64,000 bases of DNA from Fibrobacterota bacterium (GTDB lineage: Bacteria > Fibrobacterota > Fibrobacteria > UBA5070), in NCBI GenBank assembly GCA_016715065.1, contig JADKBN010000018.1:100280-164279 (forward strand), given 5' to 3'. The translations under genes and the position numbers were made by a program. Shown piece by piece: positions 29,909 to 40,216 of the stretch. Position 1 is the stretch's first letter; each line of letters opens with the position of its first letter. A model generated the notes under the pieces. That model searched no databases. It had not been told where the DNA came from and saw only the letters and a list, made by a program, of their open reading frames with translations.

Positions 29909-31700
29909 TCAGCGAAAAAGCCGCTGCAGATCCGCAGCCGCGATCCGCGCCACCGTGGGGAAGCCACCCGGAGTCTGCCAGGGCTCCTTGCAAGCGAACA
30001 GCTCGTCGGCCAAGGCAGACCGCTCGGGACCACTCAGCGACTCGGAGCGCCGCAGCGCCGTGGAGCGGGCGTATGCCGCAGCGAAGGCTCGGTGCATCCG
30101 CTCCCGGGTTGGCTCTTCCTCTGCGACCGCCGAAAGCACTTCGGACAGCAAAGCCTCGCCCTGATCCTGGGTGACCGAGGCGGGGATGCCACGCAACAGC
30201 AAAGTCTGCCCCCCAAAGGCTTCCAGATCAAACGAAAGTGCGCGGAGCGCTTCCAGATGGGCGATCGCCATTTGGAACTCCTTGACCGGAAGCTCGATGG
30301 GCCTGGGAAACAACAATTGCTGGGCAGGAAGGGCACCCTCGCGCTCCATGCTCGCCAAGGCCTGTTCAAACAGCACCCGTTCGTGGGCTGCGCGCTGGTC
30401 CAAGCAGAGGAGCCCGCCCTGCAAGGGGCAGAGCAGATACCCTTCCACCTGCAAAAAGGGGATTCCCGATTCAGCGAAGGCCCGACCCGAATCTCCGACC
30501 TTCCGCTCCTCCGCACGAGTTGGAAAGGCCACCAGGTTGGGGTTCTTGGTGGCGAATAGATCGGTTTGCCCAGGATTTACATCGGTAGGCAGGGGCTGAA
30601 GCCCCTCGACCGGCAGAACCGCTTCTACCGGCAATTGGAACCCAGGAATTCCGATAGGCCCCAAGCCCGGCTCGTAGGCTTCCACCTCCGGCGTGGAAGC
30701 TGGGAAAAACAGCGGCAGACTGGAGCGTTTGTCTAGTGCTGCAGCCACCGCATCGCTCACCGCATGGAAGATCGCCGATTCCGCTTGGAAGCGGACTTCG
30801 CGCTTTTGGGGGTGGACATTGATGTCCACCTGTTCGAGCGGGATCGCCAGGTCCAAAACACATACCGGATGGCGCCCCGGCGGTAAACCCATGCCTTGGG
30901 CAACCGCTCGGGCCAGCGTGCCCGATTGGATGGGGCGGCGGTTGACCGCGAAATAGATCTGGTCGGCACGTCCGCGGTCCGTTCCCGGAGCCCCGACAAA
31001 TCCCTGGATGGAAAGACTCCGGTCGGTCCACTCCACCGGCTCCAAGCCATCCGCCAGCGCTCCCAGCAATTCCCGGCAACGGGCTCGCCGCTCGCCGGCG
31101 CGCACATGGAGCAGGTCCTTCGCGCCATGGGTCAATCGAAATTCCACCTCCGGCCGGAACAACGCTTGGCGCACCAGAATTCCCAGCACCCGCTGGGCTT
31201 CGGATTGCGCCGAGCCCAAGAAGCGTCTTCGCACAGGGATTCCCGCGAACAGCCCCCGCACCTCCACCCGGGTTCCGCGCGGCCAGCCCGAGGGCTCGTC
31301 CGACACCAAGTTTCCGCCATGCAAGACCAACGCCCGGCCATCCGATTGGGTGGCGTGGTGGGTATCGATGCGCAAGTGGGCCACCGAAGCCAAGGAGGAA
31401 AGCGCCTCGCCACGGAACCCGTAGGTCCCGACCTGGGCGAGATCCTCGAAGTGCTCCATCTTGGAGGTGGCATGGCGCAACCAGCATTTGCGCAGATCCT
31501 CCTCCACCATGCCACAGCCATCGTCCTCGACGGAGATCAAATCCAGGCCGCCGCCTTCCAGCTTCACCTTGATCCGACGCGATCCGGCGTCCAGCGCGTT
31601 CTCCACCAGCTCCTTGACCGCGCTGGCAGGCCGGTCCACCACTTCGCCGGCGGCGATGCGGTTGATGACCAGTTCATCCAAAAGACGGATCACAGATCCC
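29909..31700 (-). CDS. mutL: DNA mismatch repair protein MutL
   Basis: GHKL ATPase motifs: LVINRIAAGEVVDRPASAVKELVENALDAG, DDGCGM, GTYGFRGEAL. C-terminal dimerisation domain. Confidence 0.9.
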
Positions 31701-31735
31701 CCACGCTCGAACTGGTAGGATGGCCAAACCTTCGA

Positions 31736-31871
31736 CCGTTCATCCTGAGGAGGCTCGCAGAGCCGTCTCGAAGGGCGAACGGTCGAAGCGAAAGGGCAAT
31801 CCGTGATCTCGTCCACTTCCTCCGTTGCCCTTCGAGACGGGAGGCGGCGCCTCCCTCCTCAGGACAAACGG
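31736..31871. mobile_element. palindromic MITE/REP-like element, copy B (between hisS stop and mutL start)
   Basis: CCGTTCATCCTGAGGAG...GTCTCGAAGGGCGAA...TTGCCCTTCGAGAC...CTCCTCAGGACAAACGG. Confidence 0.7.
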
Positions 31872-31889
31872 CGGAAGTCCAAACCCCGT

Positions 31890-33152
31890 TCACAGGGCCT
31901 CGAGGGTGCTTACGGTTTGCTCGCCGGTCATCAGATCCTTGACTTCCACCTGATCGGCCGTGACCCGATCGGATCCTAAAAACACCGCGCGCTTGGCCCC
32001 GTTTTCCTGGGCGGCCTGCATCTGTTTGCCCAGCTTGCCTCCGCCAAAGGCGAACCCGACCTCCAACCCCTTCGCACGCAGGAACGCCGCCGCGCGCGCC
32101 AGGCGGGCTTCGTCGCCATCAACGTTCACCAGCCATAGCTCGGGACCGGGAATCCCGGTGGGAAGAAGTCCCTTGTCCTTCAGAAGCTCGGCGATGACCA
32201 CGTCCCCCATGCCAAAGCCCACGGCAGGCAGGCGCTCGCCGCCCAGCTTGGCCAGAAGGTCGTCGTAGCGGCCACCGCCGGCGATGGCGCGCAGGCTGCG
32301 TCCGGCGTCAAACAGCTCGTAGACCACACCGGTGTAGTAGGCCAAGCCGCGCACCACGGTCGGGTCGAACCGGCACCAATCGCCCACTCCATGGGCATCG
32401 AGCAGGGCAAACAATGTTTCCAGCTCGGCCAAGGCGGCACGGGCATCGTCGGATGTCACCAGCTCGGTCACTTCGGCCAAGGACTTCGCCTCGAACAGCG
32501 CATCCAAACGACGGATTCCGGATTCCGTCAAGCCTGCTCCCGTGAGTCCTTCGATGAACGCCTCGCGTGCGAGCTTTTCACGCCGATCCAGCGCCAGGTA
32601 CACCGGAGGCTTGTCCGTGCAACCCAGCTCGTCCAGCAGCGTGGAGATCAGACGGCGGCTGGAAATGCGCGCGACCACATCGCCGCTTTTCAGGCCCAGT
32701 TCTTCGCAGATGCGACACGCCGCCGCGATCAGCTCCGCGTCGGCGCTGACGGAATCCGACCCCAGGATATCCATGTTGAGCTGGAAGAATTCGCGCAGCC
32801 GGCCTCGCTGCTGCTTTTCGTAGCGCCACAGGCGCGGCAGCGAAAACCAACGGGCGGGGCGCTTGAGATCGCGCCCCAGCTGGTTGGCCAATCGCGCAAG
32901 GGTAGGGGTCATTTCCGGGCGCAACGCGATGTCGCGTTTGCCTTTGTCCTGGAAGTTGTACAGCTGGCCCACGATCTCGTCGCCGGATTTGCCCGTATAA
33001 AGCTCCAGATGTTCGAAGCTCGGGCCTTCGTATTCCTGGAAACCAAAGCGCGAGCACACGCGGCGCCAGGCGGAAAAGATGTGGTTTTGCACCGCCATGT
33101 CGGCGGGGTAGAAGTCTCGGGTTCCCTTGGGGGGCTGGATTTTCTGGCTCAT
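31890..33152 (-). CDS. hisS: histidine--tRNA ligase
   Basis: Class II aaRS motifs: KGTRDFYP, RYEKQQRGRLREFFQ, GGGRYD. ATG at 33152 has a GGGGA RBS; the alternative TTG at 33164 does not. Confidence 0.9.
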   Translation of the reverse strand: MSQKIQPPKGTRDFYPADMAVQNHIFSAWRRVCSRFGFQEYEGPSFEHLELYTGKSGDEIVGQLYNFQDKGKRDIALRPEMTPTLARLANQLGRDLKRPARWFSLPRLWRYEKQQRGRLREFFQLNMDILGSDSVSADAELIAAACRICEELGLKSGDVVARISSRRLISTLLDELGCTDKPPVYLALDRREKLAREAFIEGLTGAGLTESGIRRLDALFEAKSLAEVTELVTSDDARAALAELETLFALLDAHGVGDWCRFDPTVVRGLAYYTGVVYELFDAGRSLRAIAGGGRYDDLLAKLGGERLPAVGFGMGDVVIAELLKDKGLLPTGIPGPELWLVNVDGDEARLARAAAFLRAKGLEVGFAFGGGKLGKQMQAAQENGAKRAVFLGSDRVTADQVEVKDLMTGEQTVSTLEAL

Positions 33153-33197
33153 AGGAATCCCCAAAGGTAGGTCGCCCTCGCGACCCCGCCGAGTTTC

Positions 33198-34850
33198 CTA
33201 GAACCGGTAATTGGCGATCGATTCCTTCAGGGTGCCCGCGGTCGTTTCCATCCGGTGGGAAAACTCCTCGAGTTCCATCGAGGTGGCGGCGGCGACTTGG
33301 GTGTCGCGGTCGGCTTGGTCGATGCGCTGGGAAATCGACTGCACCTGTTCTGCCATTCGATCCACATTGCGCGCGATTCCCTTGGAAAGCCCGCCCGCCT
33401 CGTGCAATCGACGCACCATCTGCTCCACCTGGCCGCTTTGCGATTCCACCGATTGGGAAATCTCGCCCGCCAAGCCGCGCAAGTCCACCAGATCCTCGCA
33501 CATGCCCTGGATCTCGCGGGCTGTCAAAACGCTTTGATCCAGCATCTTGGCCAAGTGCCCTTCGATCTGGTCGACCGCCAAGCCGGTCTGGCCCGCCAAG
33601 GTTTTCACTTCCTGGGCCACCACCGCGAAGCCTTTGCCCAACTCGCCCGCACGGCTGGCCTCGATGGTGGCGTTCAGCGCCAGCATCTTTGTCTGGTCCT
33701 GGATGTCGCGAATCAGACCTGCCGCATCACTGCTTTGCCGCACGATCTGTTCCAGTCTGGTGAGGCTTTCGCGAGCGGAGGCGGCACGGGATTGCGCGGC
33801 TTCCGCCCGGGCCAACTGCCCCTGGCAGGAATGGGCCACCCCGCTGAAGGCACTCCCCACTCCCTCCACGGTCTCGCTCACCTCGTTGACCACCTGCGCC
33901 ATGCGCCGGCCGCCTTCGGCCACGGTCTTGGATTCGCCGGCCATTTCCTGCGCGGTCCCCGTGAGCTCGTTCATGCGGGAAGACAAACTCGCCGTGGCGT
34001 CGCCTACCGAAATCGCCACCCGATGGATCTGACCCGCCCCCTCGTCCAACGTGGAGCAACTGGAAGCGGTCTGGCCCAACGTGCCACGCAAGGTCCGCTG
34101 GGCTTCCTGGAGGGCACGGGCGATGCGGCCGATCTCGTCGTTCGATCGCACCTCGATTTCCGAACCCAGGTCGCCCGCGGCGATCCGCCGAGCTCCGTCG
34201 ATGACCTCCCGCACCGGCGCCACCAGAGTCCGGCTGATCCACCATCCGATTCCGCCCAACACCAGGGCGGAGAACAAACAGGCCAGCAGATTGATCCAAA
34301 TGGCCTGGATGGTTCCTGCCCGAGCCTGTTCACGAGCTTCATTCACCCGCAGATCCAAGGATCCGTCCAACCTTTGCGCAAGCTCCTGCAAGGCGCCCAG
34401 CTTTCGGTGGGCTGGCTCGAGCATCCCTGCAGCAACCGTGGGATCGGCATCCACCATTTCCAGAACCTGGAAGCCGGCCTCCTGGTATTCCCGCAATCGC
34501 AAGAGCAAACTGTCCCGGTCCGTTCCCAGCGCCAGGGAATCCACGCGCGCGGTGTCTTCCCGGCCAAGATCTGCCTTGACCTTGCCAGTGAGGCTGTCGA
34601 TCCGTTGTGCAGAGACCCCAAGCGTCGACCAGTTGAGCACCTGCTGGAGATCGGCGAACTGTTCCACCTGCTGGCGCATGGTCTCCTGAAGCAATAGCCG
34701 TCGAGACGAGACATCCTCCATGCGCACCTGGCGGCTTTCCTGGGAACGCCCCTGCAGAACGGAAAAGACTCCCGAACCCAGCAGAAAGAACAGGCCCAGC
34801 GCCGGAACAAGGAACAACCGGAATCGGAGGTCCCGCGGGAGGAGGTTCAT
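33198..34850 (-). CDS. methyl-accepting chemotaxis protein (2 TM, 4-helix-bundle periplasmic region, HAMP, MCP signalling domain)
   Basis: TM1 [20 protein letters not shown]2 [26 protein letters not shown]. Conserved MCP hairpin region [23 protein letters not shown]. Confidence 0.85.
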   Translation of the reverse strand: MNLLPRDLRFRLFLVPALGLFFLLGSGVFSVLQGRSQESRQVRMEDVSSRRLLLQETMRQQVEQFADLQQVLNWSTLGVSAQRIDSLTGKVKADLGREDTARVDSLALGTDRDSLLLRLREYQEAGFQVLEMVDADPTVAAGMLEPAHRKLGALQELAQRLDGSLDLRVNEAREQARAGTIQAIWINLLACLFSALVLGGIGWWISRTLVAPVREVIDGARRIAAGDLGSEIEVRSNDEIGRIARALQEAQRTLRGTLGQTASSCSTLDEGAGQIHRVAISVGDATASLSSRMNELTGTAQEMAGESKTVAEGGRRMAQVVNEVSETVEGVGSAFSGVAHSCQGQLARAEAAQSRAASARESLTRLEQIVRQSSDAAGLIRDIQDQTKMLALNATIEASRAGELGKGFAVVAQEVKTLAGQTGLAVDQIEGHLAKMLDQSVLTAREIQGMCEDLVDLRGLAGEISQSVESQSGQVEQMVRRLHEAGGLSKGIARNVDRMAEQVQSISQRIDQADRDTQVAAATSMELEEFSHRMETTAGTLKESIANYRF

Positions 34851-34854
34851 TTCT

Positions 34855-35292
34855 TCAGTCCTTGTAGATCCCGCAGCACAAGATGAGATCCCCCACCTTC
34901 TTCAAGTAGGTGGTCTTGGCTTCCGTCTTGGCGGTTTCCGGATTCTTGTACTTGTAATCCACCCAACCGCTGCCCTTGGTCTTGGCCAGCTCCACGATTT
35001 CCTTCCGGAACAGCTTGCCATCGACATCCGGCACTTCCAGCAAGTTCTTGCCGATCAGTTTGGGGTTCTTGGGATGGGCCACCATCATTCCCTGGAGATC
35101 GTAGGCGAACACGTAAAGCTCGCCCTTCACCCATTTCCCTTCTGCCTTGCTCAGTTCCGCCACCACGACTTCGCGGGGCTGGGTGGCCAATTGCTTGGCG
35201 GCATCGTCCACCAGCTTGACTGCGTCGGTTTTTGTCTCCGACCAGGCGGCAGCGACCAGCAACAGGGTGGCGAGAATCATTCGACGGACCAA
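34855..35292 (-). CDS. small secreted periplasmic Cache-like sensor-domain protein
   Basis: Signal [32 protein letters not shown] and [12 protein letters not shown] are Cache-like signatures. Sits immediately upstream of the MCP. Confidence 0.45.
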   Translation of the reverse strand: MVRRMILATLLLVAAAWSETKTDAVKLVDDAAKQLATQPREVVVAELSKAEGKWVKGELYVFAYDLQGMMVAHPKNPKLIGKNLLEVPDVDGKLFRKEIVELAKTKGSGWVDYKYKNPETAKTEAKTTYLKKVGDLILCCGIYKD

Positions 35293-35627
35293 GGAGCACC
35301 TCCAACGTTGGACTGCGAACTCGATTTTCCCTCTTCGGCATCCTTCGCGTCAACCACCTTCCTTGCGATCCCTCCGATTCCTGCGTATTCTTTGGGGATG
35401 CCGCACCAGCGGACATCGCCTCGGGGCATGGCCCGACGACGAAGCGTCTGACCAGACGTTCCGTCCGCCGCGGCTTTCCAGGCAACCGAACGCACTTCCC
35501 TGACGCTTCGCGGTTTCTCCTTCGCGCGTGACCATCTTCCAGGTGGACACATGTGGCGGATAGACCCCGGAAAGGTTTGGACGGTGCCCGTCGGCGGACT
35601 CCCCTTCTCGCAATAACGGAGATCCAG

Positions 35628-36821
35628 CCAATGCAAACTCGACACGACAACTTCACCTGGGCTCAACGGGGCCGGAGCGTATGGATGGGAGGAGCCACCC
35701 GTCCCGATCTGTGTATGGTCGCCGGATCCGGCGCCTGGATCCAAGACGCGGAAGGACGAAATTACCTGGACTTCGTGGGAGGGTGGGCGGTGGCCGCGTT
35801 GGGACATGCCCCCCTCGCGGTCAGCAATGCCATCGCCGCGCAGGCCGCCACCCTCCTGCATTGTTCGCCCGGATTCTGGAACCCCACCGCGGTGGAACTC
35901 GCCGAGCACCTGGCGAATCTCACCGGATACCACAAGGTGTTCCTGGGCTGCACGGGCGCGGAAGCCAACGAATGCGCCATCAAGCTCGCACGCAAGCGCG
36001 GATCCGGCAAAGGCGCATGGAAGGTGGTCACCACGGTGGACGGCTTCCACGGCCGCACCCTGGCGACCATGGCCGCCACCGGGAAACCCCATTGGCAGAC
36101 GCTGTTCGGGCCAGCCATGCCAGGATTCGTCCACATCCCGTTCAACGACGCGGCCGCGCTGGAACTAGCCATGGACGACTCGGTGTGTGCGGTGATGTTC
36201 GAGCCCGTGCAAGGCGAAGGTGGCGTGGTGCCCGCCACGGCGGAATTTGCCCGGGCTGCACGCGGTCTTTGCGATCGCCACGACGCGTTGCTGGTGGCCG
36301 ACGAAGTCCAGACCGGCCTGGGCCGGTGCGGTTCCATCCTGGCCCATCGCGAGCTGGGGATTCACGCCGACATCGCCACGTTCGCCAAGGGGCTGGGCGC
36401 CGGATTCCCGGTCAGCACGTGCATGACCTCCACCGATCTGGACGTGTTCGAACCCGGCGACCAGGGAGGAACCCACACGTACCATCCGCTGGGCGCGGCG
36501 GCGGGACTCGCGGTTCTCGCCGAGATCGAACGGCTGGATCTGTGTGCGAGATCACGCGAGGCGGGCTCGGCACTGGAATGCACGTTGCGGGAAATCGCCA
36601 CGCGCCACGCGCTGGCGAACCTGCGGGGCTCGGGTCTTTTGCGCGCGTTCGATCTGCCGACACCGGATGCGGCCCGGCTGGTGGAAATCGCCCGCGAAGA
36701 AGGACTGCTGTTGAATGCACCGCGGCCCGCCACCATCCGCCTCATGCCTCCGTTGGTGGTGACGGATTCCGACATCATGGAATTCGGGGTGCGATTGGAG
36801 CGGGCGCTGGGACGATTGTGA
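35628..36821 (+). CDS. class-III aminotransferase (acetylornithine/ornithine aminotransferase-like), second paralogue
   Basis: LVADEVQTGLGRCG, TFAKGLGAGFP. Pairs with the argD-like gene at 16408. Confidence 0.75.
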   Translation, partial: PMQTRHDNFTWAQRGRSVWMGGATRPDLCMVAGSGAWIQDAEGRNYLDFVGGWAVAALGHAPLAVSNAIAAQAATLLHCSPGFWNPTAVELAEHLANLTGYHKVFLGCTGAEANECAIKLARKRGSGKGAWKVVTTVDGFHGRTLATMAATGKPHWQTLFGPAMPGFVHIPFNDAAALELAMDDSVCAVMFEPVQGEGGVVPATAEFARAARGLCDRHDALLVADEVQTGLGRCGSILAHRELGIHADIATFAKGLGAGFPVSTCMTSTDLDVFEPGDQGGTHTYHPLGAAAGLAVLAEIERLDLCARSREAGSALECTLREIATRHALANLRGSGLLRAFDLPTPDAARLVEIAREEGLLLNAPRPATIRLMPPLVVTDSDIMEFGVRLERALGRL

Positions 36822-36913
36822 TTCGCGCCCCCGATTTCGGGGGCGCCACCGACCCGTCCACGCCATCGAATCGATTTGTCCGTCAACGTGGAAAACGCAG
36901 CCGACGAAATCGG

Positions 36914-39622
36914 TCACCAAGGCTTCTTGATCAGACCCTTCAATTTGTCCTTGGCCTTGTCCGTTGCCTTGTTCGCCTGGTCTTCGGCGGCCTTCTGGAG
37001 CTTGGCCTTTTCGGAGTTCACCCGGGCTTCGGCTTCGGCTTTCAGCTTGTCGGCTTCCGCGCGGACCCGGGCCTCGGCTTGGGCCTTGGCCTCGTTTGCC
37101 AACATCATCGCCGCGCCTTTGGCCAGATCCGAGATCCGCGGCAGGTCGGGCGAGACGGAAGGCGCCGACACGGGCCCTTTGACCAGCCACGAGATCAAAA
37201 CCCGCTTTTGATCGTCCTGGGGCAGCGGGCTGCCGGAGGCGAGACCCAGCTTGCCCGCCAGAGTGCCAGAAGCCGCCAAGGCCGCATTGGCTCCCGATTG
37301 CAAGCCTGCGGAAGCCGACTGGGGCAGGTGGGTGTCCACATGCAGATCCATGGTCTGGTCGGCGGCGATGGTGCCCGCGACCTTGAGCGCACCCAGGCTG
37401 GAGCCCTCGAACGCCATGTCTTGCAAGATGAGCTTGCCTTCGCGCAGCTGCACGCCGCCGCCCATGGTGGCGAAATCCAGGTCGCCCACCTTGGGGATGG
37501 ACGGAAACAGTTCGTGGGCCTTGGCGGTCATGGCTGCCACCGCCGGGAACCCTGTGATCTTGCCCTGCGCCAGGGACATCGTGACATCGGCAGACATTTT
37601 CTGACCAAACTCCGGAAGCAGCGCCTTGCCCCAGGCCTTCAGGGCGATGTTGCCTTTCCCGAAGAGCTTGTCGTGGAACCGACGCGGATTCCCTTCCGGC
37701 AACCGGTCCTTGACGGCCATCAGCACGTCGTTGATCTGCACGCCGGTGAAGTTCGAGGTCATGTCCATCCCGAGAACCTTGGGATTGGACAGGTCCGCGT
37801 CGAGGGCCTGCGAGACGCTCCCCTGGGCCACCTGGGCGGAAAACGACTCCTTGAGCTTGCCGTTTTCGAAGTGCAGCTTCCCGTTGACCGCCCGCATCGG
37901 CAACCCGAAAGCCAAAATGGTCTCGGCCGCGAACGATCCGTCGGCCACGATATCCGGAATCGAGGGAAGTTCGGTCAGAGGCTTGGACTCCGTGGTTTTG
38001 GTGGCCGTGTCCGGCGGTGGCAGGATCCGGTCCAGATCGATCTTCTTGGACCGCGCCGCAAGGTTCATCGACATCTTCTTGCCCTCGGCCAGCGACGGGA
38101 CCACGAAAGCCATCCAGTCCTGGATCTTGGCGTCCACGGAAAGATCGGTGGGTCCGGCCACCACTTGGACCTTCGCTCCAGCCGATGCGTTGGAAAGGTT
38201 CACGGAGCCATCCACCACCGGCCGGTCGGGCAAGCCCTTGATGGTGGCCGAGACTTTCGTGAAGGTGACCTCTCCGGAGGCGGTGATGCCCGAAGGAACT
38301 TTCGGATCCAGACGGCCGGAGGCTTGGACATTCCAGCCCATGATGCCCGATGGCTTCATGGTGTCCAGCACCGGGATCGCCGGCGCGGCCACCTTGGTGA
38401 GGGCGGCAAGGTCGATCTTGCCCAGGGCAAGGAACTTGCGCAACACCGGCACCGACTTGAACCCGCCCACGGGTAGGCTGTCCACCGAGACATCCAAGGA
38501 ACCTGGCGAGCCATCGAGGTTCCAAGTGGTGGAGTCGATTTCCACCGTGCGTGTGCCGATCACGCGAATGCGGGACCCCAATGCGGAGAGCTTGGTGGGA
38601 ACGCCCTGGACGGAAGCCTGCACACCGGCCAGGCGGAAGGAACCATCCACCTTCGGCAACGCTTCGCCGCCCACCTTGCCCACGATGGCGAAGGCCATCT
38701 CGAGCTTGCCGGCGAGCGTGAGCTTGGAAAGCTCGGGATTGAGCTCCTTGGGAATCTCGGCCAGCAATTTGGCCAGGTCGATCGGGCCATCGGTGCCAAT
38801 CTTGAGATCCACCACCGGAGCCACCAGTACATTCGTTGCCTTGCCGGAGAGCTTGAGGGCCACTTCCTGCAAGCCCACGCGCAAGCTCTTCACATCCACG
38901 ATCGCCCCAGGCAGGTTCAAGGCCACGTCATGGGTCAGGGAGAACTTGATCCCGCCCTTGCGCACCGGCACGCCTTTGCCGGACATCGAGACATCCTTGA
39001 CCAGCAAGGTCCCCTTGCTCTCCACGTTCTGCAGGGATTTGTCGGTGGACAGGGAAATTTCCTGTGAGAGCGAGCCGATGGAAACCTGCTGATCGGTCTT
39101 GCGATCGGTCCAGGTCACCGAGCCATCCTCGATCGCGATGCGCCGCACCGTGAGAGGAAAGGGCAGTTCCAACGCCTTCACAGTGTCCTTTTCCGGCTTT
39201 TTGGTGGTGTCTGGCGGTCCGCCCAGCCCATCAAAACTGGTCCGACCATCGGCCAGCACCTCGGCTTTGAAGACCGGTCGAGCCAGAACGATCTGATCCA
39301 CCACGGGGGACATTTTGAACAAACTCGCCACGGAAAGACGCACGTCCAGCGAACCCAGCTCCACCAGTGGATCCTTGGAAAAGCCGCTGTCGGGATTGTT
39401 GGCCACCTTCAAGCCCACCAAGCTCACCCCGAAGAACGGAAAGACCCGGATCGAAGCTTTCTCCAGTTCCACCTTGCGATGGAGGGTTTGGTTGGCCTGC
39501 TCCAGAACAAGCACCTTGACCTTCTCGGGAGGGAACATGATCCACAGCGCCAAAAGGAGTGCGCCCCAGAGCAGCGCGAGGGCGGCCAAGCCGATCAGAC
39601 CGAATCTCAGGAGTTTCTTCAT
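36914..39622 (-). CDS. AsmA-family outer-membrane-biogenesis protein
   Basis: N-terminal TM MKKLLRFGLIGLAALALLWGALLL. Long repetitive beta-rich body. C-terminal Lys/Ala-rich coiled-coil tail. Confidence 0.65.
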   Translation of the reverse strand: MKKLLRFGLIGLAALALLWGALLLALWIMFPPEKVKVLVLEQANQTLHRKVELEKASIRVFPFFGVSLVGLKVANNPDSGFSKDPLVELGSLDVRLSVASLFKMSPVVDQIVLARPVFKAEVLADGRTSFDGLGGPPDTTKKPEKDTVKALELPFPLTVRRIAIEDGSVTWTDRKTDQQVSIGSLSQEISLSTDKSLQNVESKGTLLVKDVSMSGKGVPVRKGGIKFSLTHDVALNLPGAIVDVKSLRVGLQEVALKLSGKATNVLVAPVVDLKIGTDGPIDLAKLLAEIPKELNPELSKLTLAGKLEMAFAIVGKVGGEALPKVDGSFRLAGVQASVQGVPTKLSALGSRIRVIGTRTVEIDSTTWNLDGSPGSLDVSVDSLPVGGFKSVPVLRKFLALGKIDLAALTKVAAPAIPVLDTMKPSGIMGWNVQASGRLDPKVPSGITASGEVTFTKVSATIKGLPDRPVVDGSVNLSNASAGAKVQVVAGPTDLSVDAKIQDWMAFVVPSLAEGKKMSMNLAARSKKIDLDRILPPPDTATKTTESKPLTELPSIPDIVADGSFAAETILAFGLPMRAVNGKLHFENGKLKESFSAQVAQGSVSQALDADLSNPKVLGMDMTSNFTGVQINDVLMAVKDRLPEGNPRRFHDKLFGKGNIALKAWGKALLPEFGQKMSADVTMSLAQGKITGFPAVAAMTAKAHELFPSIPKVGDLDFATMGGGVQLREGKLILQDMAFEGSSLGALKVAGTIAADQTMDLHVDTHLPQSASAGLQSGANAALAASGTLAGKLGLASGSPLPQDDQKRVLISWLVKGPVSAPSVSPDLPRISDLAKGAAMMLANEAKAQAEARVRAEADKLKAEAEARVNSEKAKLQKAAEDQANKATDKAKDKLKGLIKKPW

Positions 39623-39828
39623 GTGTCCCTCACGTTGCGGTTTCCATCGAACCAAAACTGTGCCTGCCATCAAATAGAGACTGCCCAGCGGATCGAGGCA
39701 AGTCACCATCCGCTCCATCTCTCTACAAAAATGCCCATAGCCGCCCAACCTTCAGGTGACGGAGAGTCGGTGGATAGCTCCATTTGAGCGTCGATGTCCG
39801 TTTTTACGAGGATTGGGGAACACCGCTG

Positions 39829-40206
39829 ATGAGCGAAGGTCAACTGGAAATCTGGAAGGAATTCACTTTCGAAGCGGCCCATCTTCTGCCCCATGTTCCC
39901 GAAGGCCACAAGTGCGGCCGACTGCACGGCCATTCGTTCCTGGTGCGGATCACCTTGCGAGGCCATGCGGGAGCCCAGACCGGCTGGGTGTTGGATTTCG
40001 CCGACTTGAAGACAGCCTGGAAGCCGCTGGATTCCGCGCTGGACCACCGGTACCTCAACGAGATCGCAGGCCTGGAAAACCCCACCAGCGAGCGACTGGC
40101 CGTCTGGATCTGGGAGCGTCTTTCCGCCACTTTGCCTCAACTTTTCGAAGTGACCGTCCGAGAAACCTGCACGGCAGGGTGTGCCTATCGGGGCCCAGGA
40201 GGGTAG
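39829..40206 (+). CDS. queD: 6-carboxy-5,6,7,8-tetrahydropterin synthase (QueD / PTPS family)
   Basis: [24 protein letters not shown]: Cys and two His zinc ligands of the PTPS fold. Confidence 0.8.
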   Translation: MSEGQLEIWKEFTFEAAHLLPHVPEGHKCGRLHGHSFLVRITLRGHAGAQTGWVLDFADLKTAWKPLDSALDHRYLNEIAGLENPTSERLAVWIWERLSATLPQLFEVTVRETCTAGCAYRGPGG

Positions 40207-40216
40207 AATAACCGAC

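Noticed and set aside
35681-38476. 931-aa plus-strand ORF.
   Set aside because: Overlaps the aminotransferase out of frame and runs antisense through the AsmA-family gene. Arg/Gly-rich low-complexity translation typical of high-GC noise.
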